From Calditrichia bacterium (GTDB taxonomy: Bacteria > Calditrichota > Calditrichia > RBG-13-44-9 > J075): a stretch of 38,879 bases of DNA. The notes beneath the pieces are model-generated. The model had not been told where the DNA came from, ran no database searches, and worked only from the letters and a program-made list of their open reading frames with translations. Where the stretch lies: NCBI GenBank assembly GCA_050633245.1, contig JBOEGD010000037.1, positions 1 to 38,879 of the forward strand, read 5' to 3'. A program made the position numbers and the translations under genes. Positions 1 through 9,627 of this stretch are shown here, in pieces (within the stretch, counting starts at the first letter, position 1; every line of letters starts with the position of its first letter).

Positions 1-255
1 CGGGAGATTTTGACGATTTACACTGGCGATATTACTGCACATAATATAAAAGTCGAGCTGGTTTCACCGGGGCTGGCAGATCGATGGGGTCCGTCGGTAG
101 ATAATTTTGACCTGGAGCCAGGAGCCAGTAGAACCGTTTCATGGGGCAAAATGGGCTACCTGATCGGAAATCATTCTGTTGTTGCAACAGCAACCAGAAA
201 CAGCTATCGGGAAGTATTTTTTGCCAGCAAATCAATGCCGGTAACTGTCCGCTAA
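1..255 (+). CDS. 3' end of a CDS running in from the window edge; beta-rich, possibly Ig-like/CARDB-type C-terminus
   Basis: Frame is open from base 1 (cgg gag att ttg...) to TAA at 253-255. 'FDLEPGASRTVSW...GNHSVVATA' looks like Ig-fold strands. A terminator follows. Confidence 0.55.
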   Translation, partial: REILTIYTGDITAHNIKVELVSPGLADRWGPSVDNFDLEPGASRTVSWGKMGYLIGNHSVVATATRNSYREVFFASKSMPVTVR

Positions 256-312
256 ATGGATGTTGACTAAATACGGCTACAGGATGTGTGGATAACAACA
301 AGACACCCAAAT

Positions 313-348
313 AAAGAGGCTGTCCCGAAGGTGGATGGCCTCTTTTTT
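313..348 (+). terminator. Rho-independent terminator (possibly bidirectional)
   Basis: aaagaggctgtcc-cgaaggt-ggatggcctcttt stem with G-U pairs, followed by a T-tract, about 60 nt after the stop at 255. Confidence 0.75.
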
Positions 349-538
349 CCTGTGGAATAGGTTGAACCAAATGATAGTTAGCAATTACTGGCATTATGCG
401 GCGGAATGTAAATATACTTTTCCCCAAATTTATTTTACGACTCTTTCCATTTACTCCTCTCTTTATATGTAGTAGAACCCCTTACAAATGAGCTGCTTGA
501 AAAAGCAGGAAAGTATAGGCAATTTTTGGGAGAACAGT

Positions 539-1489
539 ATGTCGGACTATATCGTGTGCGTACGGAATGTAAAACGCAATGGCTTTGGCAATGAGCCTGG
601 AATCGCTACCTTTCTGGAAGTGAAGAATAATCAAGCTACCTATTCACCAAATGAACGCATGGTGAAGAGTGAATGGATTAAGGCGGTGCTTGAAGAGGCT
701 AAAACCGGTGTTGATGATATAACAGGTCAGGACGTTGGAAATATCTTGGTATTTGTTCACGGATACAATAACTCTATTCGAGAGGTGCGAAAACGCCATA
801 AGGAACTCAAAAATGATCTAAAAAAATACGGGTATAAGGGCGCACTGATTAGTTTTGATTGGCCAAGTGACCGTAAGGCTATTAATTATCTGGAAGATCG
901 GAATGACGCCAAGCAATCAGCTTTCAAGCTTGTTAAAGATTGCATTGCTCTTTTTGCTAAATTGCAACGTCCTGATTGTAGTATAAATACACACATCTTG
1001 GGTTTCTCAACCGGTGCTTATGTGGTTCGGGAGGCCTTTGATGATGCAGATGATCGACCAGCTATTGCTCAAACAAATTGGACAGTCAGTCAGGTTCTGT
1101 TCCTAGAGGCGGATGTTTCCAGTCGATCAATGAGCGAAACCAATGCCAAATCGTCTTCACTTTACCGCCATTGCGTTCGGTTGACGAACTATTATAACCC
1201 GCACGACAAGGTACTGAAACTATCTGATGTGAAGCGTATTGGAGTTGCTCCCCGAGCAGGTCGCTGTGGTTTACCGGATAATAAGCCTGTAAAAGCAGTA
1301 GATATTAATTGCGGGATCCATTTTAAAAATAACAAAGCAAAAATCGAGGCTAATGGCGGAGACAGTCACAATTGGTCTGTGGATAATGAAATTTTCCTGA
1401 AGGATGTAGTTGCAACACTTGCTGGTGATTTGGATCGTTTTGTAATTGAAACTAGAGAGATTCGAAATGGAAAACTTATCCTGAAATAA
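539..1489 (+). CDS. Alpha/beta hydrolase, DUF900 family
   Basis: ILVFVHGYNN oxyanion motif, ISFDWPS, nucleophile elbow GFSTG, NYYNPHDKVL and a C-terminal SH. ATG 539 preceded by GGGAGA is preferred over 488. Confidence 0.85.
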   Translation: MSDYIVCVRNVKRNGFGNEPGIATFLEVKNNQATYSPNERMVKSEWIKAVLEEAKTGVDDITGQDVGNILVFVHGYNNSIREVRKRHKELKNDLKKYGYKGALISFDWPSDRKAINYLEDRNDAKQSAFKLVKDCIALFAKLQRPDCSINTHILGFSTGAYVVREAFDDADDRPAIAQTNWTVSQVLFLEADVSSRSMSETNAKSSSLYRHCVRLTNYYNPHDKVLKLSDVKRIGVAPRAGRCGLPDNKPVKAVDINCGIHFKNNKAKIEANGGDSHNWSVDNEIFLKDVVATLAGDLDRFVIETREIRNGKLILK

Positions 1490-1586
1490 ATGTGTATCAA
1501 TTTGTGGAGGTTTGACAAAACAGGAATGCAGTTTTGGATGTTGCTTTAGCGGCACCCGTGGTATGTGCCGGGTCAGTCCTCTTTCG

Positions 1587-1643
1587 TCCCAAAAACGCAA
1601 CAGGTCTTTGCAGTTTCTGCAAAGACCTGTTGCGTTTTTGGGA
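1587..1643. repeat. Perfect 27-bp inverted repeat with 3-nt loop (REP/MITE-like palindrome)
   Basis: tcccaaaaacgcaacaggtctttgcag-ttt-ctgcaaagacctgttgcgtttttggga; the arms are exact reverse complements. Confidence 0.9.
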
Positions 1644-1855
1644 TGGGTGTGTCAGAGTCTTGTGCTCGGAGGCTTTGTAGATCAGGCAACAATATGAAGA
1701 ATACTTGCGTAAATATATTCTTACCTCCGATTTTTAGTTACCTGTGGCTCGAATTAACGGGTATTATCGCCAGACATTCTCTTGCTGGTTATTCAAAATG
1801 CAGTTTGTTTCTCTAGAGCATTCACGGGAAGATGGATTTACTTTAGGAGATCCTT

Positions 1856-4054
1856 ATGAAGCGCCCACCACATGTTCTTGCTCTTGTTATATGTTTAGCA
1901 TTTACAACATCATTTTTTGCTCAAACTTTGACATTTGAACGACGTAATGAGCCCTTTCCAATGTTACAGTCCGATGGAACACCCTTCGATCAGGCATTAC
2001 TCGGTGGATTGAATACACCGTTGCCGGATTTTGTAGACATCGATGCTGACGGAGATGTCGACCTGTTTATCAAAGACAGGGCCAACAGGCTGGTTTTTCT
2101 TGAAAATCGTGGAAGTAGCAGCAATCCGAATTATCGTTGGGTAACGGATGATTTTCAAAACCTGTCGATAGGAGCGTGGTTCAAATTTACCGATATCGAC
2201 GGCGACAACGACATTGATCTGTTCGCCGAAAAGCCCTTTGGAATAATCAGCTTCTTCCGAAATGAAGGCACGCCCGGCGCACCAAGCTTTGTTCTGACTG
2301 TTGATAGCCTGCGAGACGATACCGGGGCTATTATTCTTGTCGATGGGTATAGCGTACCCGAATGGGCTGATATTGATTGTGACAACGACAATGACATGTT
2401 TCTCGGTCGGATGAGTGGTAATGTTTCTTTCTATGAAAATATCGGGCTGGATGGCAATGGCCTGCCGGTTTTCAAACTCATTACAGATAGTTTTCAGGAT
2501 CTGTATATTCGAAGCGGAGCTCTTAAGAGTGGTTTAAACAACACCAATGACCGCCATGGATCAAACTCACTCACCTGGGTGGACATAGACGATGATAATG
2601 ATCTCGATTTGTTCTGGGGCGACTTTTTTTCGACAAGTATCATTTTTTTTGAGAACGAAGGCACCTGTACCGATGTTCAGATCGACACCTCACAAATTAT
2701 TGAAAACTATCCGCCAGGAGCACCTGTCTCAACGGGTGGATTTAACGTTCCGCGATTTGCAGATATTGATGGAGATAGCGACTACGACATGTTCGTTGGT
2801 ATTCAAGGTGGAGTCGCTTCATTTATCGCGGATCTGGAAGCCAATCTATATTTTTACGAAAACAGAGGCTCTCCTGCTGTTGCAAATTTTAACCTTGCTA
2901 CCAAAACACTGGTTAGCAGTGTTGATATCGGACGCAGTGCCGCTCCTGCACTAGTCGATCTCGATGGAGATGGAGACCTGGACCTATTTCTTGCAAATAA
3001 AGAAGACATTGATGCGCCTGAGCAATTCAATAGCCGAATCTCCTATTTTGAAAATCAGGGTACAGAAACAAGCCCGCAATTTCGTCTGATTAGCAATAAC
3101 TATCTGAATTACGATAAACGTCTGGATTTGAATTATACAATGGCTTTTTATGATCTCGATAATAGCGGCACTACAGACTTGCTGCTTGGGAAGTGGATGG
3201 GAGGTCTCACGTTGTATAGTAATGAGGGTACTCCAACATCCCCTAACCTGATTCGCATCGACGATAATTTTGGTGCGATAAATATCGGATTCGATAACGC
3301 ACCGACGTTGGCAGACCTTGATAATGATGGCGATTTGGATATGATTAGTGGAGAATTCCAGGGCATTCTATTTTTCTTTCGAAACACCGGAACGTCTGAA
3401 GTGCCCGTATTTACCCTGGAAGACCCCCTTTACCTTGGGGTGGATGTCGGTTCATTTTGCTCACCGCATCTTGCGGACCTCGACAATGATGGCGATGCGG
3501 ATTTACTGATTGGCAGTGATGACCAGGGGCTATTTCTCTATCGTAATAATGGTAACTCTCAAAACGCAAATTTTCAGCTGGATACCAGCTTTATACTTGA
3601 GGGCATCCCCCCGGATGTACATGTTACAACCGGTGATCTTGATAATGACGGCGATCTGGATTTGCTGTGTGGAACAGACGGTGGCGGGCTTATTTATTAC
3701 GAAAATTTGCAGCCGAGCACGGGTATTCCACCGGGTGAAGAGAGCGTTTTACCGACTGAAATCACGTTGCTGGATAACTATCCTAATCCATTTAACCCCG
3801 CCACGACAATCCGCTTTGAGATTACGTTGAAAGCGGGCAGTGTCGGTGAAAGCTATTCATTATCCATTTATACTATTGCCGGACAATTGGTGCGTAACTG
3901 GCAATTTACTACTAGTAATATGCACACTTTTGATGAAGTGTCGTGGGATGGGCGTAATTATAATAATGTGATAGTCGGAAGTGGAATCTATTTCTATGAA
4001 CTCCGTCTGGCAGGTGATATCGCACGCGTAGGCAAAATGTTGTTGACACGCTAA
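1856..4054 (+). CDS. Secreted FG-GAP/VCBS-repeat (Ca-binding beta-propeller) protein with T9SS/FlgD-Ig C-terminal domain
   Basis: Signal peptide; 10 DxDxDGDxD-type motifs, most followed by (Y/F)(Y/F)xNxG; C-terminal NYPNPFNP...WDG...SGIYFY...KMLLTR; RBS AGGAG upstream. Confidence 0.9.
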   Translation: MKRPPHVLALVICLAFTTSFFAQTLTFERRNEPFPMLQSDGTPFDQALLGGLNTPLPDFVDIDADGDVDLFIKDRANRLVFLENRGSSSNPNYRWVTDDFQNLSIGAWFKFTDIDGDNDIDLFAEKPFGIISFFRNEGTPGAPSFVLTVDSLRDDTGAIILVDGYSVPEWADIDCDNDNDMFLGRMSGNVSFYENIGLDGNGLPVFKLITDSFQDLYIRSGALKSGLNNTNDRHGSNSLTWVDIDDDNDLDLFWGDFFSTSIIFFENEGTCTDVQIDTSQIIENYPPGAPVSTGGFNVPRFADIDGDSDYDMFVGIQGGVASFIADLEANLYFYENRGSPAVANFNLATKTLVSSVDIGRSAAPALVDLDGDGDLDLFLANKEDIDAPEQFNSRISYFENQGTETSPQFRLISNNYLNYDKRLDLNYTMAFYDLDNSGTTDLLLGKWMGGLTLYSNEGTPTSPNLIRIDDNFGAINIGFDNAPTLADLDNDGDLDMISGEFQGILFFFRNTGTSEVPVFTLEDPLYLGVDVGSFCSPHLADLDNDGDADLLIGSDDQGLFLYRNNGNSQNANFQLDTSFILEGIPPDVHVTTGDLDNDGDLDLLCGTDGGGLIYYENLQPSTGIPPGEESVLPTEITLLDNYPNPFNPATTIRFEITLKAGSVGESYSLSIYTIAGQLVRNWQFTTSNMHTFDEVSWDGRNYNNVIVGSGIYFYELRLAGDIARVGKMLLTR

Positions 4055-4324
4055 ACTGAAACATAAAATCTGATTCTGGGCTGGTTTGAATTTTCGTGTG
4101 TCAGCACTGTAAGTTTTTTTTACTTCTCACCGCGATCCCAACGTTTCGGGAGAGCGGTCTGCAGCATCCCCCCCATTCATGCAGGTATCGAATCACTTTT
4201 CCTTTGACTATATTTTAGTTGTTTACTATTAGTAACGTGTCCCCCTTTCTAATCTCCCCTGTGCCAAAAGCAGCTGAACAATCAGCCGCTCGCCCCAATC
4301 TGAACTATGCACAGGAGTATTGAA

Positions 4325-7300
4325 ATGAGAATCTCGCGATTATCGCTTTCCGTTACCTTAATATTAATTCTTTCCAGCATGCTGTTTTCCCAAACCTGGC
4401 CGCCACCAATGCCCGGAAATGAATCCTGGAGCGGCATTCTCGGCAGCAACTCCGGACCGATACCATTCGGTGCCAAGGCCTCGGCGATGTTTCCCAACGG
4501 TGACGTTGTGATTGCCGGTAAGGTAGGAACAGGATTAAAGATTGCCAGGTGGGAATCGACCAATCGGCGCTGGGTAAACCTCGGAGAGCGATTGCGGCTT
4601 GAGGGGCAAACGACTCCTTCGGTTGCCGATATTGAGGTGATGGCCAATGGTGATGTCTATATCACCGGAAATTTTAATCGCGCAGATAACGGTGCCGGTT
4701 TGCCAAGCGTACGCTGCAGCAATATTTTCCGCTGGAACGCCGGAGCGGCGACACCGTTATGGGAGGCGGTTGGAAATGGCCTCAGCAGCTTTCCGGACAA
4801 ACTGGCTATTGATGAGATCAATGGTTATGTGTATGTGGCCGGTTCTCAGATCGGCTGGAATCCCGATAGCACCGTGGTTGGGATTAATAAATTAGGACGC
4901 TGGAATATCGCAACCAGTGAATGGGAGATCGTCGGTCAGGGCGTCGATTTGGCGACTACTGATATGGCGCTTGATGCCAATAATGAACTCTATATTTGTG
5001 GACAATTTACAACGCTGCAAAATCCGGATTTCAGCACGGTAACGGTGAATCATATCGCACATTGGGACGGTGTTAGCTGGCAGCCACTTGGACAGGGGAT
5101 CACGCCGACCTACTTTGTGCCAAGTGATTTGGCTATTGCACCAAATGGAGACGTCTACCTGGCTGGTTTTGATGGCGTCGCCGTGAACAACGATGGCAGT
5201 TCAGTAAATGGCCCGTTCGCCCGTTGGGATGGCAATGTCTGGAATTCTATGCCGACGCTGCCGCTCCTAACCTCTACAGAAATGGTGATCGATACTGGTG
5301 GGAATGTGTATCTACTCTGGATGGATACAAATTTTAATGGTCCAAATCTGGACGTGTTTGATGGAATGAGTTGGTTGGATATTGCCGATATTCAGGGAGA
5401 GATCACCTTCACGCTTGCCACCAATCAACAGTTCCCCAATACGCGTTTATATTGCGGCGGCCTGTATAGCGGAATATTTAATCCACAAACCGGTAGCAAC
5501 TTGACGGCTCGAAACAACGCCATTTATAATGGCCAGTTTTGGGGAGCAATGAATGGAATTAGTAGCAGCAACGGTCGGATTCTATCCATGAAAATAGGAT
5601 ACCCTTATGGGAATAGCCTGGTTGTTGGTGGAGAATTCTCGCAGATTGCCGGGATTGATGCGCAAAATGTGGCGATGTACAATGGACGCTCCTGGCAATC
5701 TATGGGGACCGGCGTTAACGGCACCGTGCATTCGGTTTATATTGCCGGGCCATACATCGTCGTTGGCGGCGATTTCTCACATGCCATAAACTCTGGAGGC
5801 GACTCCGTTCTGGTCAACAATATTGCCTACTACGATTTCTTTACCTTTAATTGGAATGCGATTGGACAGGGAACTGATGGCCCGGTCTATACCGTTTGGG
5901 GGATTTTGCGGGAATTATCGATCGGCTTCTATGGACAGGTGCTCGCGGGAGGTGATTTTACTGCCGGTATTAATCCGGATGGCAGTGTTGAGCCGCTGAA
6001 TTCTTTTGGGCAGTTTCGCTTCAGTCCGATTGCCGATGATGCCTGGGAAAGTCCCGGGCAGACTGACGGCGTCAGCGGTGGCGATGCGATTGTCTACACC
6101 TTCGACAGGCCATGGATTACCGATTCAGAATTCTATATCGGAGGCTCCTTCTCCGAAGGCAGTAATGCAGACGGAAGCACCGTAAATAGTTCGAATATTT
6201 TGTATTGGGATGGTGATAACGCCAGCGGCTGGAAAGGGCTTGGCCAGGGCACGGATGGTATCGTTCGAGATATTGAGCTTTTTCTAAAAAGCCCGGCAAT
6301 ACTTGACAATGCCATTTGGATAGGTGGGGAATTTGAGAATATGTTCGATGGTAACGGTAGTCCGATATTTTGCCGCAACGTCGGTGCTTGGTACGAGAAT
6401 CCCGGTCAGTGGTTTCCGTTGGCTGGCGGAACAGACGGCCCGGTGTATGATATCGTCAATGTTCAAGCCTATAATTCTGAAGCATTAGCCGTTATTACGG
6501 GTGATTTTTCGCTGGGATACTATCAAAACGGCAATGCACGTGCGTTAAATAATACGGCACTTTTTGCTATCGGCACCCCTGCTCCCGGGCTTATACCCAA
6601 CTGGAATAAGATGGGCGATGGGACGAATGGGCCAATTTATACGGCAACAAAGTTTACTCCCTGTCGCGGTGCCGGTGAACATATTATGGTTGGCGGAGAT
6701 TTTACAGTTGCCGGGAATAAGCAAGCACGCGATTTGGCGAAATGGAATCGTCGCTGGGGTGGCGGTGCATTGGCCCATTCTGCTGTTGGAAGCTCATCGA
6801 GAGGCAGTGGTAATGGGACGAAGGCGGTGATGTCTATTCCACCCTGTTTTGATATTAATAAAACGGCGAATGCTATAATCGAAGAAGTATGGTTCGACAG
6901 TCTTGCATATGGGGAATCGGCTGCTATCGACAGTCTGCCGAATTATCGCGCTTTCGATCTCTCTCTGATAAATGCTGAAAGTCCGCTGGATACATTTGCT
7001 ATGCTGGACAGCGTGGTAATCAACCGTGGAACGCCTTTGGCTCTAGTGCTAACCGGAGTGGACGAACCTGCCGCCTATGCGCCGAATCCAGACGGTATTT
7101 CTACAGCTATTCGCATGATGGCAGTTCCGGTAGCAGGGGATAGTGGTAGCGCCGCTGAAGTGCAGGTTGTTTTTGCTAATGCGGTTACCGATGCTCCGAC
7201 GGTGGATATTATTATTCAAAATGGCAATACCTTAGCCGGCGATTTGGCCTTTGGTGACTATTCCATTCCGCTTGCACTTGCTCCGGGGAGCTATAACATT

Positions 7301-7777
7301 GAAGTACGAAATGCCTCTTCCCAGCAGGTATTGGGGACATACACCATGGATCTACAAAGCGCTGCCGGGAAGGTGGTAACGCAACTCCTACAGGGATTTC
7401 TCGACCCTGTGGCAAACCAAAATGGCGCTGCCATGGAGTTGATTACGCTTGACGCCGGGGTAGATATTCTTACCGGAATAGAAAATAGTGTTAGACCGCC
7501 TATTGCCGATAGATTTGAATTGCTGCAAAACTATCCCAATCCATTCAACCCATCGACGCAGATTAACTTTCGTCTTTCTCAAAGCGGGCGGGTTGAGCTG
7601 AAGGTTTTTAACGTGCTGGGTCAGGAGGTTGCCGTGCTGCTGCTGGATGAGCAGAGAAGCGCGGGAACACATTCAGTGACGTTCGATGCTCGTAAATTTG
7701 CCGGTGGAGTTTATTTCTATCGCCTGAAGGTGGGCAAGCAGTTTTTGCAGGCCAGGAAGATGCTTTTGGTGAAGTAG
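4325..7777 (+). CDS. Large secreted beta-propeller repeat protein with DUF4397 domain and T9SS-type C-terminal sorting domain
   Basis: Signal peptide; repeated 'WxxxGxGx(D/N)GxV' and 'GGxF' blades; DUF4397-like 'FANAVTDAPTVDI...LAFGDYS...LAPGSYNIEVR'; NYPNPFNP...KMLLVK. ATG 4325 follows AGGAG at 4313. Confidence 0.85.
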   Translation: MRISRLSLSVTLILILSSMLFSQTWPPPMPGNESWSGILGSNSGPIPFGAKASAMFPNGDVVIAGKVGTGLKIARWESTNRRWVNLGERLRLEGQTTPSVADIEVMANGDVYITGNFNRADNGAGLPSVRCSNIFRWNAGAATPLWEAVGNGLSSFPDKLAIDEINGYVYVAGSQIGWNPDSTVVGINKLGRWNIATSEWEIVGQGVDLATTDMALDANNELYICGQFTTLQNPDFSTVTVNHIAHWDGVSWQPLGQGITPTYFVPSDLAIAPNGDVYLAGFDGVAVNNDGSSVNGPFARWDGNVWNSMPTLPLLTSTEMVIDTGGNVYLLWMDTNFNGPNLDVFDGMSWLDIADIQGEITFTLATNQQFPNTRLYCGGLYSGIFNPQTGSNLTARNNAIYNGQFWGAMNGISSSNGRILSMKIGYPYGNSLVVGGEFSQIAGIDAQNVAMYNGRSWQSMGTGVNGTVHSVYIAGPYIVVGGDFSHAINSGGDSVLVNNIAYYDFFTFNWNAIGQGTDGPVYTVWGILRELSIGFYGQVLAGGDFTAGINPDGSVEPLNSFGQFRFSPIADDAWESPGQTDGVSGGDAIVYTFDRPWITDSEFYIGGSFSEGSNADGSTVNSSNILYWDGDNASGWKGLGQGTDGIVRDIELFLKSPAILDNAIWIGGEFENMFDGNGSPIFCRNVGAWYENPGQWFPLAGGTDGPVYDIVNVQAYNSEALAVITGDFSLGYYQNGNARALNNTALFAIGTPAPGLIPNWNKMGDGTNGPIYTATKFTPCRGAGEHIMVGGDFTVAGNKQARDLAKWNRRWGGGALAHSAVGSSSRGSGNGTKAVMSIPPCFDINKTANAIIEEVWFDSLAYGESAAIDSLPNYRAFDLSLINAESPLDTFAMLDSVVINRGTPLALVLTGVDEPAAYAPNPDGISTAIRMMAVPVAGDSGSAAEVQVVFANAVTDAPTVDIIIQNGNTLAGDLAFGDYSIPLALAPGSYNIEVRNASSQQVLGTYTMDLQSAAGKVVTQLLQGFLDPVANQNGAAMELITLDAGVDILTGIENSVRPPIADRFELLQNYPNPFNPSTQINFRLSQSGRVELKVFNVLGQEVAVLLLDEQRSAGTHSVTFDARKFAGGVYFYRLKVGKQFLQARKMLLVK

Positions 7778-7788
7778 GTTTCAGAGTA

Positions 7789-7977
7789 AAGCTGTTAAGT
7801 GAACGACCTAAGAAACTCTGGATTGATTACGATCGGGAAGCCGATGTTGTTTACCTCCGTTTCCGTCAGCCGTAAGAAGCGTCGGAAACGAGTGAACTCG
7901 AAGAAGATATTTTGTTGCGAAAGTCTGGGAACGAAATAGTTGGCATTTCCATTCTTAATGCAAGCACGCATTGGTGA
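7789..7977 (+). pseudogene. DUF2283-family small-protein pseudogene (no start codon, internal stop)
   Basis: Hand translation gives KLLSERPKKLWIDYDREADVVYLRFRQP*EASETSELEEDILLRKSGNEIVGISILNASTHW*. 'YDxEADxxY...VGIxILxAS' is the DUF2283 pattern. TAA at 7873-7875. Confidence 0.75.
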
Positions 7978-8051
7978 GCGTATTAAATTTACAATGTTTT
8001 TATGCAAGCCTTCACCATTCGCTAAGGTTTTTTTGGTTTGCTGTGAAGTAA

Positions 8052-8651
8052 TTATTCTTTTGGAGGATAACCAGCGAAAAAGATACCAATTCGCAGGCCA
8101 ACGATCCGCTGATAGAATGCCGCATCCTTTTTTGCTGAATTCAACCGGAAATAGGGCTCAAAAACCCATCCGAAATTGTTATTCGGGTTGGTTAGGAATT
8201 GCATGCCTGCATTAAGCCCTACAGATTGTAAATGCTCGGGTGTATTGTCAAAAGTCCGCCCAGCCGAAAAGTTGGTCCGATTTACTCCAAATACATTAAA
8301 ACTTGGGCCGATGTAAATAAATTGTAAATAATTCTCTTTTTCTATTTTTGCAAAGCCGACTCCAAGGCTAATGGTGGTAAGCCAGGGTACGACCCCCGGC
8401 CGGTTGTTTGAGTAATGATCAACTCCGACGCGGTAGAACAGAATTCTTTTACCCCAACTAAAATCCATATTAAGATTAAAAAGGCCCTTATTGGACTTTG
8501 CGAATCCTTTTCCTGTAGAAAAGGTGATCCACTTATGGGTTGTATCTGCCCTGGTCTCTTGTGTCCAGCCTGAAGTAGATAACAGTGTGACTATAATGAA
8601 CACCTTGAAAAGGGCAGAACACAACCGACCGGGAAAAAAAACTCGATTCAT
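8052..8651 (-). CDS. Exported hypothetical protein, probable small outer-membrane beta-barrel
   Basis: Signal-peptide-like N-terminus; alternating amphipathic strands rich in G/F/Y (ISLGVGF, VGLNAGMQF, VGLRIGIFF). Confidence 0.65.
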   Translation of the reverse strand: MNRVFFPGRLCSALFKVFIIVTLLSTSGWTQETRADTTHKWITFSTGKGFAKSNKGLFNLNMDFSWGKRILFYRVGVDHYSNNRPGVVPWLTTISLGVGFAKIEKENYLQFIYIGPSFNVFGVNRTNFSAGRTFDNTPEHLQSVGLNAGMQFLTNPNNNFGWVFEPYFRLNSAKKDAAFYQRIVGLRIGIFFAGYPPKE

Positions 8652-8734
8652 AGCCTGCTCAATTAAATTGGTTTTGTGAGAATAGTCTTATACTATCTAT
8701 TATAGCAAATTGAATCTTTACTGAATATTCATTT

Positions 8735-9220
8735 CAATAAGGTAAAGCGCATTGGATTGCCTAAAGCATTTACTGGTAAAGCCACCGTGGCTGCGCACAA
8801 GTGCCTCATTCTCGGCTGTCGTCTTTTTTTTGGCCCGCCGCATGCTGATGCGCGCGAATGGATGTCGAATCGATCATAACCCAGTCAAGGTCAAGTTCTT
8901 GGAGTTTATCGAAGGTGCGTTCCCAAACGCCTTTCTTTGACCAACGGCTAAACCGCTGATAGACGCTATTCCAGCTACCGTAGCGTTCTGGCAGATCACG
9001 CCGGGGAGCACCGCTGCGAGCGATCCAGAAGACAGCATTTAAGAATGCGCGATTGTCTTCAGCTGTGCGACCAACATCGTTTTTTTACCTGGGAGCAAGT
9101 CTTTGATACGCTCCCACTTTCGAATCCAAAAGTTCGTATCGTCGTTTCATAAACGAAAAATAACATGAAAAAACGATATTTAGATAGAAAATTCAAAACT
9201 TAATTGTCAACACGACATAG
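8735..9220 (-). mobile_element. Decayed, truncated IS5-family (IS427 group) insertion sequence
   Basis: Minus strand from ATG 9150 reads MKRRYELLDS../WERIKDLLPG/..GRTAEDNRAFLNAVFWIARSGAPRRDLPERYGSWNSVYQRFSRWSKKGVW..MIDSTSIRAHQHAAGQKK. An A8 slippery run (8824-8831) leads into 'TTAENEALVRSHGGFTSK' and 'ALGNPMRFTL'. An end-like motif GTCGTGTTGACAA lies near 9204-9216. Indels and a stop disrupt it and most of OrfB is missing. Confidence 0.9.
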
Positions 9221-9335
9221 AAGGAAAGGGGTGCATGTTATTGCTAAATTGTAGCAGAGAAAAGTGAACAGCTATGTTGATAACGTAATGTACTCTCCGG
9301 GATCATGATAACGCTGAGCTTTTGGACTCAATTGC

Positions 9336-9364
9336 TTGCATCCCTAAGTGTTTATTATTATAGT
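9336..9364 (+). promoter_or_regulatory. Candidate sigma70-type promoter upstream of the TIR island
   Basis: TTGCAT-N17-TATAGT; the AT-rich context raises the chance of a random match. Confidence 0.35.
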
Positions 9365-9627
9365 TATATACTCCCTAAAAAATTATCATGTTTTGAACAC
9401 CTGTTGTAACGTGTGTTGTGGCTTGGCTTCATAAAGAGGCGCAATGTCAAATAGTCAACGACAATGAAGACAATAAGTTTAAATTTGAACGACAACCGTT
9501 AACATTAATTTGTCAACTATGGTGTAAATGCGGGTATTTATTAAGTTAGTCTAATGAATAGAGCTCGCGAACAATCTGCTTTTTGAGAGAATGGAAGTCT
9601 AGGTGTGGGTATAAAAAGGGATCAAAG

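Noticed and set aside
287-295. Perfect DnaA box (TGTGGATAA), with another at 1378-1386
   Set aside because: The boxes are isolated, one is inside a CDS, and there is no cluster or dnaA/dnaN context. Not evidence of an origin.
1512-1938. Short overlapping ORFs of 61-83 aa in the intergenic gap
   Set aside because: No RBS or recognisable motifs. They run through the palindrome or overlap the next gene out of frame.
4129-4158. Imperfect hairpin accgc-gatcccaacgtttcgggaga-gcggt
   Set aside because: Mismatched, single copy in the window and no U-tract; cannot be assigned.
7795-8215. 70-aa minus and 91-aa plus ORFs
   Set aside because: Shadows of the DUF2283 remnant and of the 8052-8651 gene.
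8752-8940. 62-aa plus-strand ORF
   Set aside because: Antisense shadow of the IS5 transposase remnant.
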